The notes below the pieces were generated by a model that saw only the letters and a list, made by a program, of their open reading frames with translations, did no database searches and was not told the origin of the DNA. Shown here piece by piece: positions 8,746-16,822 of a DNA stretch of 32,747 bases. How positions within the stretch are numbered: the first letter of the stretch is position 1; each line of letters opens with the position of its first letter. The translations under genes and the position numbers were made by a program. Source of the stretch: a virus (taxonomy: Duplodnaviria > Caudoviricetes); IMG/VR virus record IMGVR_UViG_3300031963_000578, positions 1-32,747 of that record. The stretch is one strand, 5' to 3'.

Positions 8746-9108
8746 ATGTCACATTTTGCAAAAGTAGTAGACGGTTTGGTAACGCAAGTAATCGTTGCTG
8801 AGCAAGAGTTTTTTGATACGTTTGTGGACTCTAGTCCCGGACAATGGATTCAGACAAGCTACAACACCCACGGTGGTGTTCATGCTAATGGCGGCACGCC
8901 TCTGCGTAAGAACTATGCAGGTATCGGGTATACCTACGACGCTGGTCGTGATGCGTTCATCCCACCGAAGCCATACAGTAAGTGGGTCTTGAATGAAACT
9001 ACCTGCTTGTGGGATGCACCTACACAGATGCCTAATGATGGCAAGCGTTATTCATGGGATGATGCCGCAGGTAACTGGGTAGAAGTACCTGACACTCAAG
9101 GACAGTAA
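8746..9108 (+). CDS. Fibre-associated hypothetical protein (possible chaperone or tip)
   Basis: 120 aa, AAGGAG RBS. W.QTSYN, RKNYAGIG..YD..RDAFIPPKP motifs of a family recalled to follow Gly-rich fibres. Confidence 0.7.
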   Translation: MSHFAKVVDGLVTQVIVAEQEFFDTFVDSSPGQWIQTSYNTHGGVHANGGTPLRKNYAGIGYTYDAGRDAFIPPKPYSKWVLNETTCLWDAPTQMPNDGKRYSWDDAAGNWVEVPDTQGQ

Positions 9109-9110
9109 TC

Positions 9111-9464
9111 ATGGGAATTAAAGTCACCAATAACGCTTTCGGCACATTGAACGCAGGTATCAATAGTTCGGTAACGACTATTGTGCTAACTGCGGGCGAT
9201 GGTGCGCGTTTTCCTACATTAAGTGCTGGTGACTATTTCTATGCCACACTGATTGATACGTCAAACAATCTCGAGATTGTAAAAGTTACAGCCCGTTCAA
9301 CTGACACTATGACTGTAGTGCGTGGTCAGGATAACACAACGGCTCGTGCATACAGCACGAACGACAGGTTTGAGCTACGCCCAACGGCGGCTCTATTCAC
9401 AGAGTTTGCTGACCGTGCTACCACTGGTAAAGCAATCGCAATGGCAATTGTCTTCGGAGGATAA
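9111..9464 (+). CDS. Stand-alone fibre anchor protein, paralog of the 7400 N-domain
   Basis: 117 aa, ends in the hydrophobic peptide TTGKAIAMAIVFGG. Confidence 0.8.
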   Translation: MGIKVTNNAFGTLNAGINSSVTTIVLTAGDGARFPTLSAGDYFYATLIDTSNNLEIVKVTARSTDTMTVVRGQDNTTARAYSTNDRFELRPTAALFTEFADRATTGKAIAMAIVFGG

Positions 9465-9467
9465 ATC

Positions 9468-9821
9468 ATGGCAGCCCCAAACATCGTAAACGTAGCAACT
9501 ATCACAGGTAAAACAGCGGTGCAAGCTGTCGGCACTTCGGCAACAGCCATCGTCACCAACTCAGGTAGCAGCGGCAAAGTCTTTAAAGTGAACGCACTTT
9601 ATATTGCAAACATTGACGGCACTGCTGGGGCAGAAATCACAGTAGACTTGTTCCGCTCATCGACTGCGTATCCTATTGCTTCAACTGTTTTAGTTCCTGC
9701 TGATGCAACACTTGACCTAATGTCTAAAGCAATTTATTTAGAGGAAGGTGACACACTTCGTTGTACAGCCAGTGCGTCTGGTGATTTGACAGCGGTGTGC
9801 TCTTATGAGGAGATTTCATAA
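9468..9821 (+). CDS. Small beta-sandwich fibre adaptor (putative)
   Basis: 117 aa, GGAGG RBS. MAAPNIV, ANIDG, VPADATL, IYLEEGD and SYEEIS motifs. Confidence 0.7.
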   Translation: MAAPNIVNVATITGKTAVQAVGTSATAIVTNSGSSGKVFKVNALYIANIDGTAGAEITVDLFRSSTAYPIASTVLVPADATLDLMSKAIYLEEGDTLRCTASASGDLTAVCSYEEIS

Positions 9822-10681
9822 TGGGTGTTTCTCTTAGCGGTATTTGGACAGCACGGCAAGTCCGAGATGGTAGAGGCGACGCTGATTACCCTAGGGTATA
9901 TAACATTGAGTATCTTGTTATTGCTGGTGGCGGCGGAGGCGGCGGCTCTACTGAGGGGCATCAAGGCGGTGGCGGTGGCGCTGGTGGCTATCGTTCTTCT
10001 GTAACGGGCGAATCTTCTGGCGGCGGCGCATCTGCTGAGTCCACACTAAGTTTAACTCCGGGAGCCGCTATTACAGTAACTGTTGGTGCAGGCGGGTCTG
10101 GTAGTCCAACTGGCTCAAAAGGTGCTTCCGGTAATGATTCTGTACTTAGTTCTATAACTTCTACGGGCGGTGGCGGTGGCGGTGCTGGTAGTAATGGAGG
10201 AACTAACCGTGTAGGTTTATCAGGCGGTTGTGGAGGCGGCAACGCTTCTTCAGACCAAAGCCCAAACGGTTCTGCGCCATCTGGGACTGCTGGTCAAGGT
10301 TATGCTGGTGGAGTAGGCTCTACTGGCCCGGGTTGGGGTGGTACAGGCGGTGGCGCTGGAGCTGCTGGTGCTTCTAACTCAAATCCAAATAATTCTTTAG
10401 CTGGCGGTGCTGGTGTAGCTTCTTCAATTAGTGGCTCTTCGGTTACTAGAGCAGTTGGTGGTGGTGTAACTGGATATGGTTTAAGTGGAAATAACGGAAC
10501 AGCAAACACAGGTGGTGGAGGGTGGGGAGGAACAACTGGGACTACAACTGGATACAACGGTGGTTCAGGCGTTGTTATTGTGCGTTACTTTGGTGAGCAG
10601 CGTGGTTCCGGCGGAACTGTAACTTCATCCGGCGGCTATACCATCCATACATTCACATCATCTGGGACTTACACAGCATGA
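9821..10681 (+). CDS. Gly-rich receptor-binding protein 2, paralog of the 7400 C-domain
   Basis: 286 aa. Short SGIWT N-peptide, then the same EYLVIAGGGGGG domain. The last 27 aa are identical to those of fibre 1. Confidence 0.8.
   Translation: MGVSLSGIWTARQVRDGRGDADYPRVYNIEYLVIAGGGGGGGSTEGHQGGGGGAGGYRSSVTGESSGGGASAESTLSLTPGAAITVTVGAGGSGSPTGSKGASGNDSVLSSITSTGGGGGGAGSNGGTNRVGLSGGCGGGNASSDQSPNGSAPSGTAGQGYAGGVGSTGPGWGGTGGGAGAAGASNSNPNNSLAGGAGVASSISGSSVTRAVGGGVTGYGLSGNNGTANTGGGGWGGTTGTTTGYNGGSGVVIVRYFGEQRGSGGTVTSSGGYTIHTFTSSGTYTA
9908..9944 (+). repeat. 37-bp perfect direct repeat, copy 2
   Basis: Identical to 7895-7931. Confidence 0.9.
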
Positions 10682-10863
10682 TAGACGGACGCAGACTACC
10701 TCTCGTTATGTTTCCGAACGGCGCATTGATGCGCTGCGAAGCTGTACCTGAGGGCTGCGTTCTTGTAATTGAACCTGAAGAACCGCAAGAAAGTGATTTC
10801 CCTGCGGTAATAGACCAAACACAAGCCGTTAAGGAGGCTAACCGTGGCAGCAACAACTCATGA
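10678..10863 (+). CDS. Hypothetical protein
   Basis: 61 aa, ATGA-coupled to the upstream gene, fills the gap. Confidence 0.55.
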   Translation: MIDGRRLPLVMFPNGALMRCEAVPEGCVLVIEPEEPQESDFPAVIDQTQAVKEANRGSNNS

Positions 10864-11026
10864 ACTAGAAGTACAACTAACCTCTCATGAGGCTGTTTGT
10901 GCTGAGCGTTACCAAACTTTTATCCAACGGGTTGACCGTTTGGAGTCTTTGATTTTTAAAACCGCCGGTGCTCTGATAGTCGGCATGGCGGGTATCCTTG
11001 TGGCTATTCTTTTTAAGGGGATTTGA
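10844..11026 (+). CDS. Small C-terminally anchored membrane protein (XhlA/holin-accessory-like)
   Basis: GTG start with AAGGAGG RBS. HEAVCAERY motif, short coiled coil, one C-terminal TM segment. Confidence 0.7.
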   Translation: MAATTHELEVQLTSHEAVCAERYQTFIQRVDRLESLIFKTAGALIVGMAGILVAILFKGI

Positions 11027-11027
11027 A

Positions 11028-11174
11028 ATGATGAACAAGAAACCTGCTGTAAAAAAAGCTGCTGGTAAGCCTATGGGTTACGCTAAAGGCGGTATGACTT
11101 TCAAACCTTGTGCTGGTTGTCCTAACGCTGCAAAGTGTAAGGCGATGGGCAAGTGCATGAAAAAAGCAAAATAA
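11028..11174 (+). CDS. 48-aa basic 4-Cys protein (absent from the ORF track)
   Basis: Hand translation: MMNKKPAVKKAAGKPMGYAKGGMTFKPCAGCPNAAKCKAMGKCMKKAK. AAGGGG RBS. Fills most of the gap between 11026 and 11200. Confidence 0.75.
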   Translation: MMNKKPAVKKAAGKPMGYAKGGMTFKPCAGCPNAAKCKAMGKCMKKAK

Positions 11175-11199
11175 CCACTGCGGGGTTTTAAATTGAGCT

Positions 11200-11652
11200 A
11201 TGTCAGACGAACTGGGGTTGTCGGTTGGTGCCAAGGGTATCAGCGAAGGGATAAAAACTGGTAGGGAAGCTGGTCGAGAGATTGGCAAGAACATTGAAGA
11301 AGTCCAGAAAGAAGCAGTTGACGTAGCAAGACAACAAGCGAACGCTAAGATTCGTGAGCGCAGAGAAGCAGAGTTTAGGAAAGAGCGGGCAATATTCAAA
11401 GCCCTTGATGAGTATCGACACCGGAAGAAAATTTCGGATGAGGAGTACAAATTAAGGGTAGATTTTATAAAGCAGCACGGTACTAAAGAGTGGCAAAAGG
11501 TTTTAGATATTAAGACCGAGATTGAACGATTGGAAAAAGAAGATAAGAAGTATTTTGATGCGGAGTTAGCAAAGGTTAAATGGGTGCAGTTTTGGTGCTT
11601 TATGGCAGCAGGCTGGGTTGCTTATTTTATAGTTTGGGGAGGTAAAAAGTAA
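11200..11652 (+). CDS. Coiled-coil protein with C-terminal TM helix
   Basis: 150 aa, charged helical body, hydrophobic WVQFWCFMAAGWVAYFIVW tail. Confidence 0.7.
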   Translation: MSDELGLSVGAKGISEGIKTGREAGREIGKNIEEVQKEAVDVARQQANAKIRERREAEFRKERAIFKALDEYRHRKKISDEEYKLRVDFIKQHGTKEWQKVLDIKTEIERLEKEDKKYFDAELAKVKWVQFWCFMAAGWVAYFIVWGGKK

Positions 11653-12014
11653 TGAGTGAAAAAGAAACATATATCGAAACTGCCAAAGAAGTTGCTGGTA
11701 AAGCGATTGGCAAACATGGTCTGGTATATATCACCATTATTGTAGCTATGGGTGTAGGTGCCTCAATCGTATTAGAGGAAAGCAAAATGGCGGCGGTCAT
11801 GGGTCTACTGGGCGCATCGTTAACTGCTTTAATCTCTATGCTTAACGGTGTAGCAGGTGCTAACCCTAAACAAGAACGCCCCGAATTTGAAATTATGAAG
11901 CAGCTTATTGACAAAGTAGAAACAATGGCTGACCGTGACCCGATGTCGGTGCAAGTTGAGGGCGATAAAGTTACTGTTCGCAAAGGCGATAACGAAACCG
12001 CAATAGGGAGATAA
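11652..12014 (+). CDS. Two-TM membrane protein (lysis cassette)
   Basis: 120 aa, GGAGG RBS, two hydrophobic segments. Confidence 0.7.
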   Translation: MSEKETYIETAKEVAGKAIGKHGLVYITIIVAMGVGASIVLEESKMAAVMGLLGASLTALISMLNGVAGANPKQERPEFEIMKQLIDKVETMADRDPMSVQVEGDKVTVRKGDNETAIGR

Positions 12015-12015
12015 C

Positions 12016-12429
12016 ATGTTTCCACTAACCGCATTAGTAGATGTCGGCATGAAAGTGCTGGATAAATTTATTCCAGACCCCGAAGCTAAAGCAAAAGCTC
12101 AGCAAGAACTTCTTAAGATGCAACAAGAAGGCAGACTGGCTGAACTCAATGCTGACAATATTGAAGCCCAAGAACTTACTAAGCGCCATGAAGCAGACAT
12201 GGCTAGTGATAGTTGGCTGTCTAAGAATATAAGACCCATGACCCTTGTGTTTATCTTAATTGTCTATTCCACTTTTGCAATGATGTCTGCTTGGGATATT
12301 GAAGTAAACAACAATTATGTTGAATTGCTTGGGCAGTGGGGTATGCTAATTATGTCATTCTATTTTGGCGGTCGTACGCTAGAGAAGATTATCGACATGA
12401 AGGGAAAGAAAAATGCAACTGACAAATAA
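12016..12429 (+). CDS. Holin (3TM / GTA-holin-like)
   Basis: 137 aa. DKFIPDPEAKAKAQ.EL, SWL.KNIRP and YFGGRT.EK motifs. Directly upstream of the endolysin. Confidence 0.75.
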   Translation: MFPLTALVDVGMKVLDKFIPDPEAKAKAQQELLKMQQEGRLAELNADNIEAQELTKRHEADMASDSWLSKNIRPMTLVFILIVYSTFAMMSAWDIEVNNNYVELLGQWGMLIMSFYFGGRTLEKIIDMKGKKNATDK

Positions 12430-12877
12430 CTTTTCCCTTGTCGAGATGGTTAAATCTGAGACAGCGTTGCGTCACAACATGGACAATACGCCCGGGGAGG
12501 CTGAAATTGAAAACCTTAAAAAACTATGTGAGCAAATTCTTCAGCCTGTTCGGGAACACTACGGCAAAGGAGTTAAAGTCAACTCCGGTTTCCGACATCC
12601 CGAAGTCAACGCCAAAGTCGGTGGCTCCAAAACCAGCGACCACTGCAAAGGCCAAGCGGCAGACATCGAAATCCCCGGTGTCCCCAACGCGGAACTCGCG
12701 GAGTACATCGCAAAAAACTTCTCGTTCACGCAAGTCATCTTAGAGTTTTACACCCAAGGTATTCCTGATTCTGGTTGGGTGCATGTATCGTATGACCCTG
12801 CGAATTTAAAGAAACAAACACTAACTGCTGTCAAACAAGACGGCAAGACTGTGTATTTACCCGGATTGGTTGCCTAA
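12413..12877 (+). CDS. Endolysin, peptidase M15A family
   Basis: 154 aa. L..NFSL.E, SGFR...N..VGG...S.H..G.AAD and WVHVS (H-x6-D...H zinc ligands). Confidence 0.9.
   Translation: MQLTNNFSLVEMVKSETALRHNMDNTPGEAEIENLKKLCEQILQPVREHYGKGVKVNSGFRHPEVNAKVGGSKTSDHCKGQAADIEIPGVPNAELAEYIAKNFSFTQVILEFYTQGIPDSGWVHVSYDPANLKKQTLTAVKQDGKTVYLPGLVA
12507..12743 (+). CDS. Candidate nested (+1 frame) 78-aa amphipathic cationic peptide inside the endolysin
   Basis: GGAGG at 12496-12500, TTG at 12507. Endolysin third positions are skewed to C within the overlap. Confidence 0.55.
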   Translation: MKTLKNYVSKFFSLFGNTTAKELKSTPVSDIPKSTPKSVAPKPATTAKAKRQTSKSPVSPTRNSRSTSQKTSRSRKSS

Positions 12878-12878
12878 T

Positions 12879-15497
12879 ATGGCCGCAGTAAAAATTGTTA
12901 AATTTCTTGGGGAAGCCCCGAAGATTGCTTCGGAGTTGCTGCCTGACGCTGCGGCGCAAGTTGCGTTTAACGTCAAGCTATATTCAGGAGATTTGATTCC
13001 TTACCGCTTACCCTATCTAGCTGGTCACGTAGACCGTGTGGGCACAATTAAGACGTTGTATGCTTTACGTGACCCAAGTAATGGCGACCTAAAGTGGCTA
13101 ACTTGGGCAACTGACGTTGACATTATTACGGCTTCAGCGTCTGAAGATTTGGAACAACGCTTTTACTTCACAGGTGATGGTGTACCTAAAGTAAGCAACT
13201 ATGAGTTGGCTACTGCTACGGGTGTACCTTACCCAAACAATTCTTATGACTTGGGTTTACCCTTACCCGAAACAGTACTTACTACATCATCTACATCGTT
13301 CACCCAAAAAACCTCTACTACTCGGGCACGGGATACAGGTAATTACGCTACTGTAGTTACATCTGCAAACCATGAGTTGCGTACAGGGATGATTATTACC
13401 ATCAGCGGGTTTCCTGCGGCAACAACCAGTGTAGCTACATTTAATGCAACCAATGCTGAAGTGACTGTAGTAAACGACACTACGTTTACCTACTTTAGCC
13501 CGGGCGAGCAGGTTAGCACTACATCTGATACCAACGGTAAAGTATCTCTTGCTGGTAACACAATCCCTCGGAACTATGTCTACACATGGTATACCCCGTG
13601 GGAAGAAGAATCTATTGCGTCTGAACCATCTGACAATTTATATATTAAAGAAGGTCAGTTAGTTACAGTTAGTAATCTACCTACTGCTAAACCTACTGGC
13701 AGTAACTTTGTACGTGGTGTGCGGTTGTACCGTACGCTTGCGTCGTCTGGCGGTACAGAATATTTTCGTCTAGGAACCTTGTGGTTCCCGACTACCACGG
13801 CTCGTGTAAGCCGTGCTGACAACGTGTCTCGTGTGACACTAACTAACCATCACAATCTTGCATTAGATGACCGCTTTAAACTAAGTGGTTGTACTGATTC
13901 GTCGTTTAATATTACAGGCGGTGTTGTCCTTGACATCATTGATGACTATACGTTTGAGTATGCGCAAACCGCAAGTGCCGTAGCAGATAAGGCTGAGACC
14001 GCTGGCACGGTATATCACGATGTTGCAGAATCTTTAGATAAACCTGCTCGCTATTGGGGTGATGGTAGTTACACATTTACCGATGACTTTGATTCACGGA
14101 ATCTGTTTGACATACTGGAGACCAATGAATATGACCCCCCTCCTGAAAATCTTAAAGGTCTTATCGCAGCACAGAATAACATTCTGGTTGGTTTTGATGG
14201 TAATCAGTTATTCTTTTCCGAACCAAATGTTCCACATGCTTGGCCTGCCAAATATGCGCTGACGTTTGAGTCAGACATTGTGGGTGTTGCCTCTGTGGGT
14301 GGATACATTCTTGTTATGACAAAAGAGTATCCATACCAAGTATCCGGTAACAACCCTGCGACTATGGCGTACGCTCGTATTGATACCCTGTATCCTTGCA
14401 TATCTAAACGCTCTATTGTGAACATGGGCTACGGCGTAGCGTATGTAACATATGGTGGTCTAGCTGTATACAACCCATCGGGCGGTATGGACTTGATTAC
14501 AAAGTTTGTGCATGACTGGGATACATGGCCCGAAGCAGTTGATTTGACCAACGTAACAGGTCGTTTTTATAACGGCAAATACTTTGGCTCTGACGGTACA
14601 GCTTCATTTATCTTTGAACGCGATGACCGCATCGGTGGTTACTTTGTTCAAATCAACTATAAATTTACTGCTGCGTGGTACGACCCGCAGTCTAATGACT
14701 TTTACTATATTGCCGATAACCTTGGTAATTTATATGAGTGGGATAAGTCTACACAGCCTTTATCTTCTGCTGAGTGGAAGTCGAAAACCATTGTGACCAA
14801 AGACTTTCTAAACCTTGGGGCGGCTCGAATTATTGCAGACTACGCTGTACCTGACGCTGAGTCTGAAGCGATTGCTGCGTACAACGCTGGCGTACCTGCG
14901 TACAACCTTGGAATATGGAACGAATATAACCATACATCTGTCTCACTGTCTTATGCTCGTGCTTCAGGTGTAGCAACAATCGTAACGGCTACTGCGCACC
15001 AGCTAATTACAGGCTCTCGAATCCGTATTACTGGGTTTACCTCTGGTGTTGGAACAACCTTCAATACTTCTGATGCAGTTGTTACTGTGGTTAACTCTAC
15101 GACATTTACCTACACTAATGCGGGGGGAGATGTATCTGTTGTATCTGACGGGTCTGCAACAATCCAAAGTCTAAAAGGCTTGGGGGATATGAATGGCCCA
15201 TACGACCGCATAGATGCGCAAGGCAACCGCATTACTAACTTTGGCACTTTAAACTCTGTGGTTGTAAATGGAGATAACTATACACGTTCGTTAAGAACCA
15301 TTGAGTCCATACTACCAATTACGTTCCGCCTTTGGGTGGACAAGCAACTTGCCTTCCAAGCTACTGTATCCACGGATGAAGTATTCCGCCTCCCTACAGG
15401 ATACCGTTCCGATACGTTTGAAGTAGGGGTGTCAGGTTCTGCACGAGTTCGGGCTATCCATTTTGGAGAGACCCCCTTTGGATTGAGGACAGCATAA
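12879..15497 (+). CDS. Tail nozzle / tubular-B / stabilisation protein with three inserted beta-barrel domains
   Basis: ATG 12879 preferred. F.G..P N-terminus, YVYTW...W.EES..S, RLYRT, FSEP..PHAWP, W.SK and FRLP.G motifs. Confidence 0.7.
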   Translation: MAAVKIVKFLGEAPKIASELLPDAAAQVAFNVKLYSGDLIPYRLPYLAGHVDRVGTIKTLYALRDPSNGDLKWLTWATDVDIITASASEDLEQRFYFTGDGVPKVSNYELATATGVPYPNNSYDLGLPLPETVLTTSSTSFTQKTSTTRARDTGNYATVVTSANHELRTGMIITISGFPAATTSVATFNATNAEVTVVNDTTFTYFSPGEQVSTTSDTNGKVSLAGNTIPRNYVYTWYTPWEEESIASEPSDNLYIKEGQLVTVSNLPTAKPTGSNFVRGVRLYRTLASSGGTEYFRLGTLWFPTTTARVSRADNVSRVTLTNHHNLALDDRFKLSGCTDSSFNITGGVVLDIIDDYTFEYAQTASAVADKAETAGTVYHDVAESLDKPARYWGDGSYTFTDDFDSRNLFDILETNEYDPPPENLKGLIAAQNNILVGFDGNQLFFSEPNVPHAWPAKYALTFESDIVGVASVGGYILVMTKEYPYQVSGNNPATMAYARIDTLYPCISKRSIVNMGYGVAYVTYGGLAVYNPSGGMDLITKFVHDWDTWPEAVDLTNVTGRFYNGKYFGSDGTASFIFERDDRIGGYFVQINYKFTAAWYDPQSNDFYYIADNLGNLYEWDKSTQPLSSAEWKSKTIVTKDFLNLGAARIIADYAVPDAESEAIAAYNAGVPAYNLGIWNEYNHTSVSLSYARASGVATIVTATAHQLITGSRIRITGFTSGVGTTFNTSDAVVTVVNSTTFTYTNAGGDVSVVSDGSATIQSLKGLGDMNGPYDRIDAQGNRITNFGTLNSVVVNGDNYTRSLRTIESILPITFRLWVDKQLAFQATVSTDEVFRLPTGYRSDTFEVGVSGSARVRAIHFGETPFGLRTA

Positions 15498-15844
15498 TGG
15501 CTAGATTTACTGCAATACCATCTGTACCCACTGGGAATGTTACCGAGTGGCAAGGACAAATTTTCCGGGCCTTAAAAGAAGACGTTGAGCTTCTTGCTGG
15601 TATTCGGGGCGAGGCCGACTTGGCTAGTAAAGCAGTGACTCGAAGTCAACTTCGGGTTAACCAGACTGCGCAACCTACATTTTCTCGTGTATCTGCGACC
15701 GGTAAAGGGTATACTATTAGCGGGCAAAACGTAGCAGATTTGGACGACTTTGGAAAGTTAATTAATGATGTTCAGCTTCTTGCAAACGACGTGGCGACAC
15801 TACGAAATGTTGTTAATACGCTCATTGCCCAATTGAAAGGATAA
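15497..15844 (+). CDS. Hypothetical tail-associated protein with C-terminal coiled coil
   Basis: 115 aa, TAATG coupling, GAGG RBS. Confidence 0.7.
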   Translation: MARFTAIPSVPTGNVTEWQGQIFRALKEDVELLAGIRGEADLASKAVTRSQLRVNQTAQPTFSRVSATGKGYTISGQNVADLDDFGKLINDVQLLANDVATLRNVVNTLIAQLKG

Positions 15845-15847
15845 ATC

Positions 15848-16822
15848 ATGGCTGCACCGAACCCAGTACTGTCAATTCTAAACATGCAACAGAAAGCCCC
15901 GGCTTCAATGCCGCAGGCAGCCCAGCCCAGCCCACAAGGGCCAGCGGCGGTAAACTTGACAGGTACTCCTGCTCCTGTTATGCGCCCTGCGCCTGTAATG
16001 TCTGCTGACCTTCCAGCACCTACAACGTCTCTTGATTTACCTGCGTCGTTACAAGGTTTGCTTGGGTCTAGTAGCCCACAGGTTGCTATAGATGAACCCC
16101 TATTAGCGCAACAAAGCCAACAGTTTACGCAGACAGGTACAGTTGCTTCTAACCCTAACGCTCCTGCGTTAGATTTTCGTTTACAACCTACATATGCGGA
16201 GGGTGGTATGGTCGGTCAAAATGGTATGCCTATGCGCCCTGCTGGTATGCAAAGCGGGCAACAACAAGCAATGTCTCCACAGATGATGGAGATGCAAATC
16301 CAAGAATTTATGCGCAAGAACCCACAACAGGTTCAGCAAATTACACAAGCCATCATGGCAGGATTCCAATCTGGGGAAATTACTCCTGAGGAATTGAATA
16401 TGGCAGGCCAGTTGGCTATGACCGCCCTTCAGAATCCTGAAATGTACCAGTACGTACGTCAGTTTGCTATACAACAAGGTCTAGCGACTGAGCAAGATTT
16501 GTCTCCTGAATATGACCAAGGTCTTGTATTTGTTCTACTTTTAGCCGTTCGTGCTGCACAGCAGCAAACCGGTAGCATGGGTGGTATGGGTACACAAACT
16601 GGTATGCCAGAACAACCCGTTATGAGTATGGCTAACGGCGGCTACATATCAATGGGGGACAACGCACGTAGCGGTGGTAAGGTTGTTGGCCCCGGCACTG
16701 GCACTAGCGATAGTATTCCAATTCGTGTATCAGCAGGTGAGTACGTTATCCCGGCTAAGATTGTCCAAGCTAAAGGTAAGGACTTCTTTGACTCCCTTCT
16801 TAAGAAATATCAAAACGCATGA
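15848..16822 (+). CDS. Gln/Met/Pro-rich internal virion-like protein
   Basis: 324 aa. AxGG motifs and a C-terminal GPGTGTSDSIP..VS.GEYVIPA motif. Confidence 0.7.
   Translation: MAAPNPVLSILNMQQKAPASMPQAAQPSPQGPAAVNLTGTPAPVMRPAPVMSADLPAPTTSLDLPASLQGLLGSSSPQVAIDEPLLAQQSQQFTQTGTVASNPNAPALDFRLQPTYAEGGMVGQNGMPMRPAGMQSGQQQAMSPQMMEMQIQEFMRKNPQQVQQITQAIMAGFQSGEITPEELNMAGQLAMTALQNPEMYQYVRQFAIQQGLATEQDLSPEYDQGLVFVLLLAVRAAQQQTGSMGGMGTQTGMPEQPVMSMANGGYISMGDNARSGGKVVGPGTGTSDSIPIRVSAGEYVIPAKIVQAKGKDFFDSLLKKYQNA

Noticed and set aside
7895-10681. Possible diversity-generating retroelement template/variable repeat pair
   Set aside because: Both copies are coding, the differences are synonymous rather than adenine-specific, and there is no reverse transcriptase in the window.
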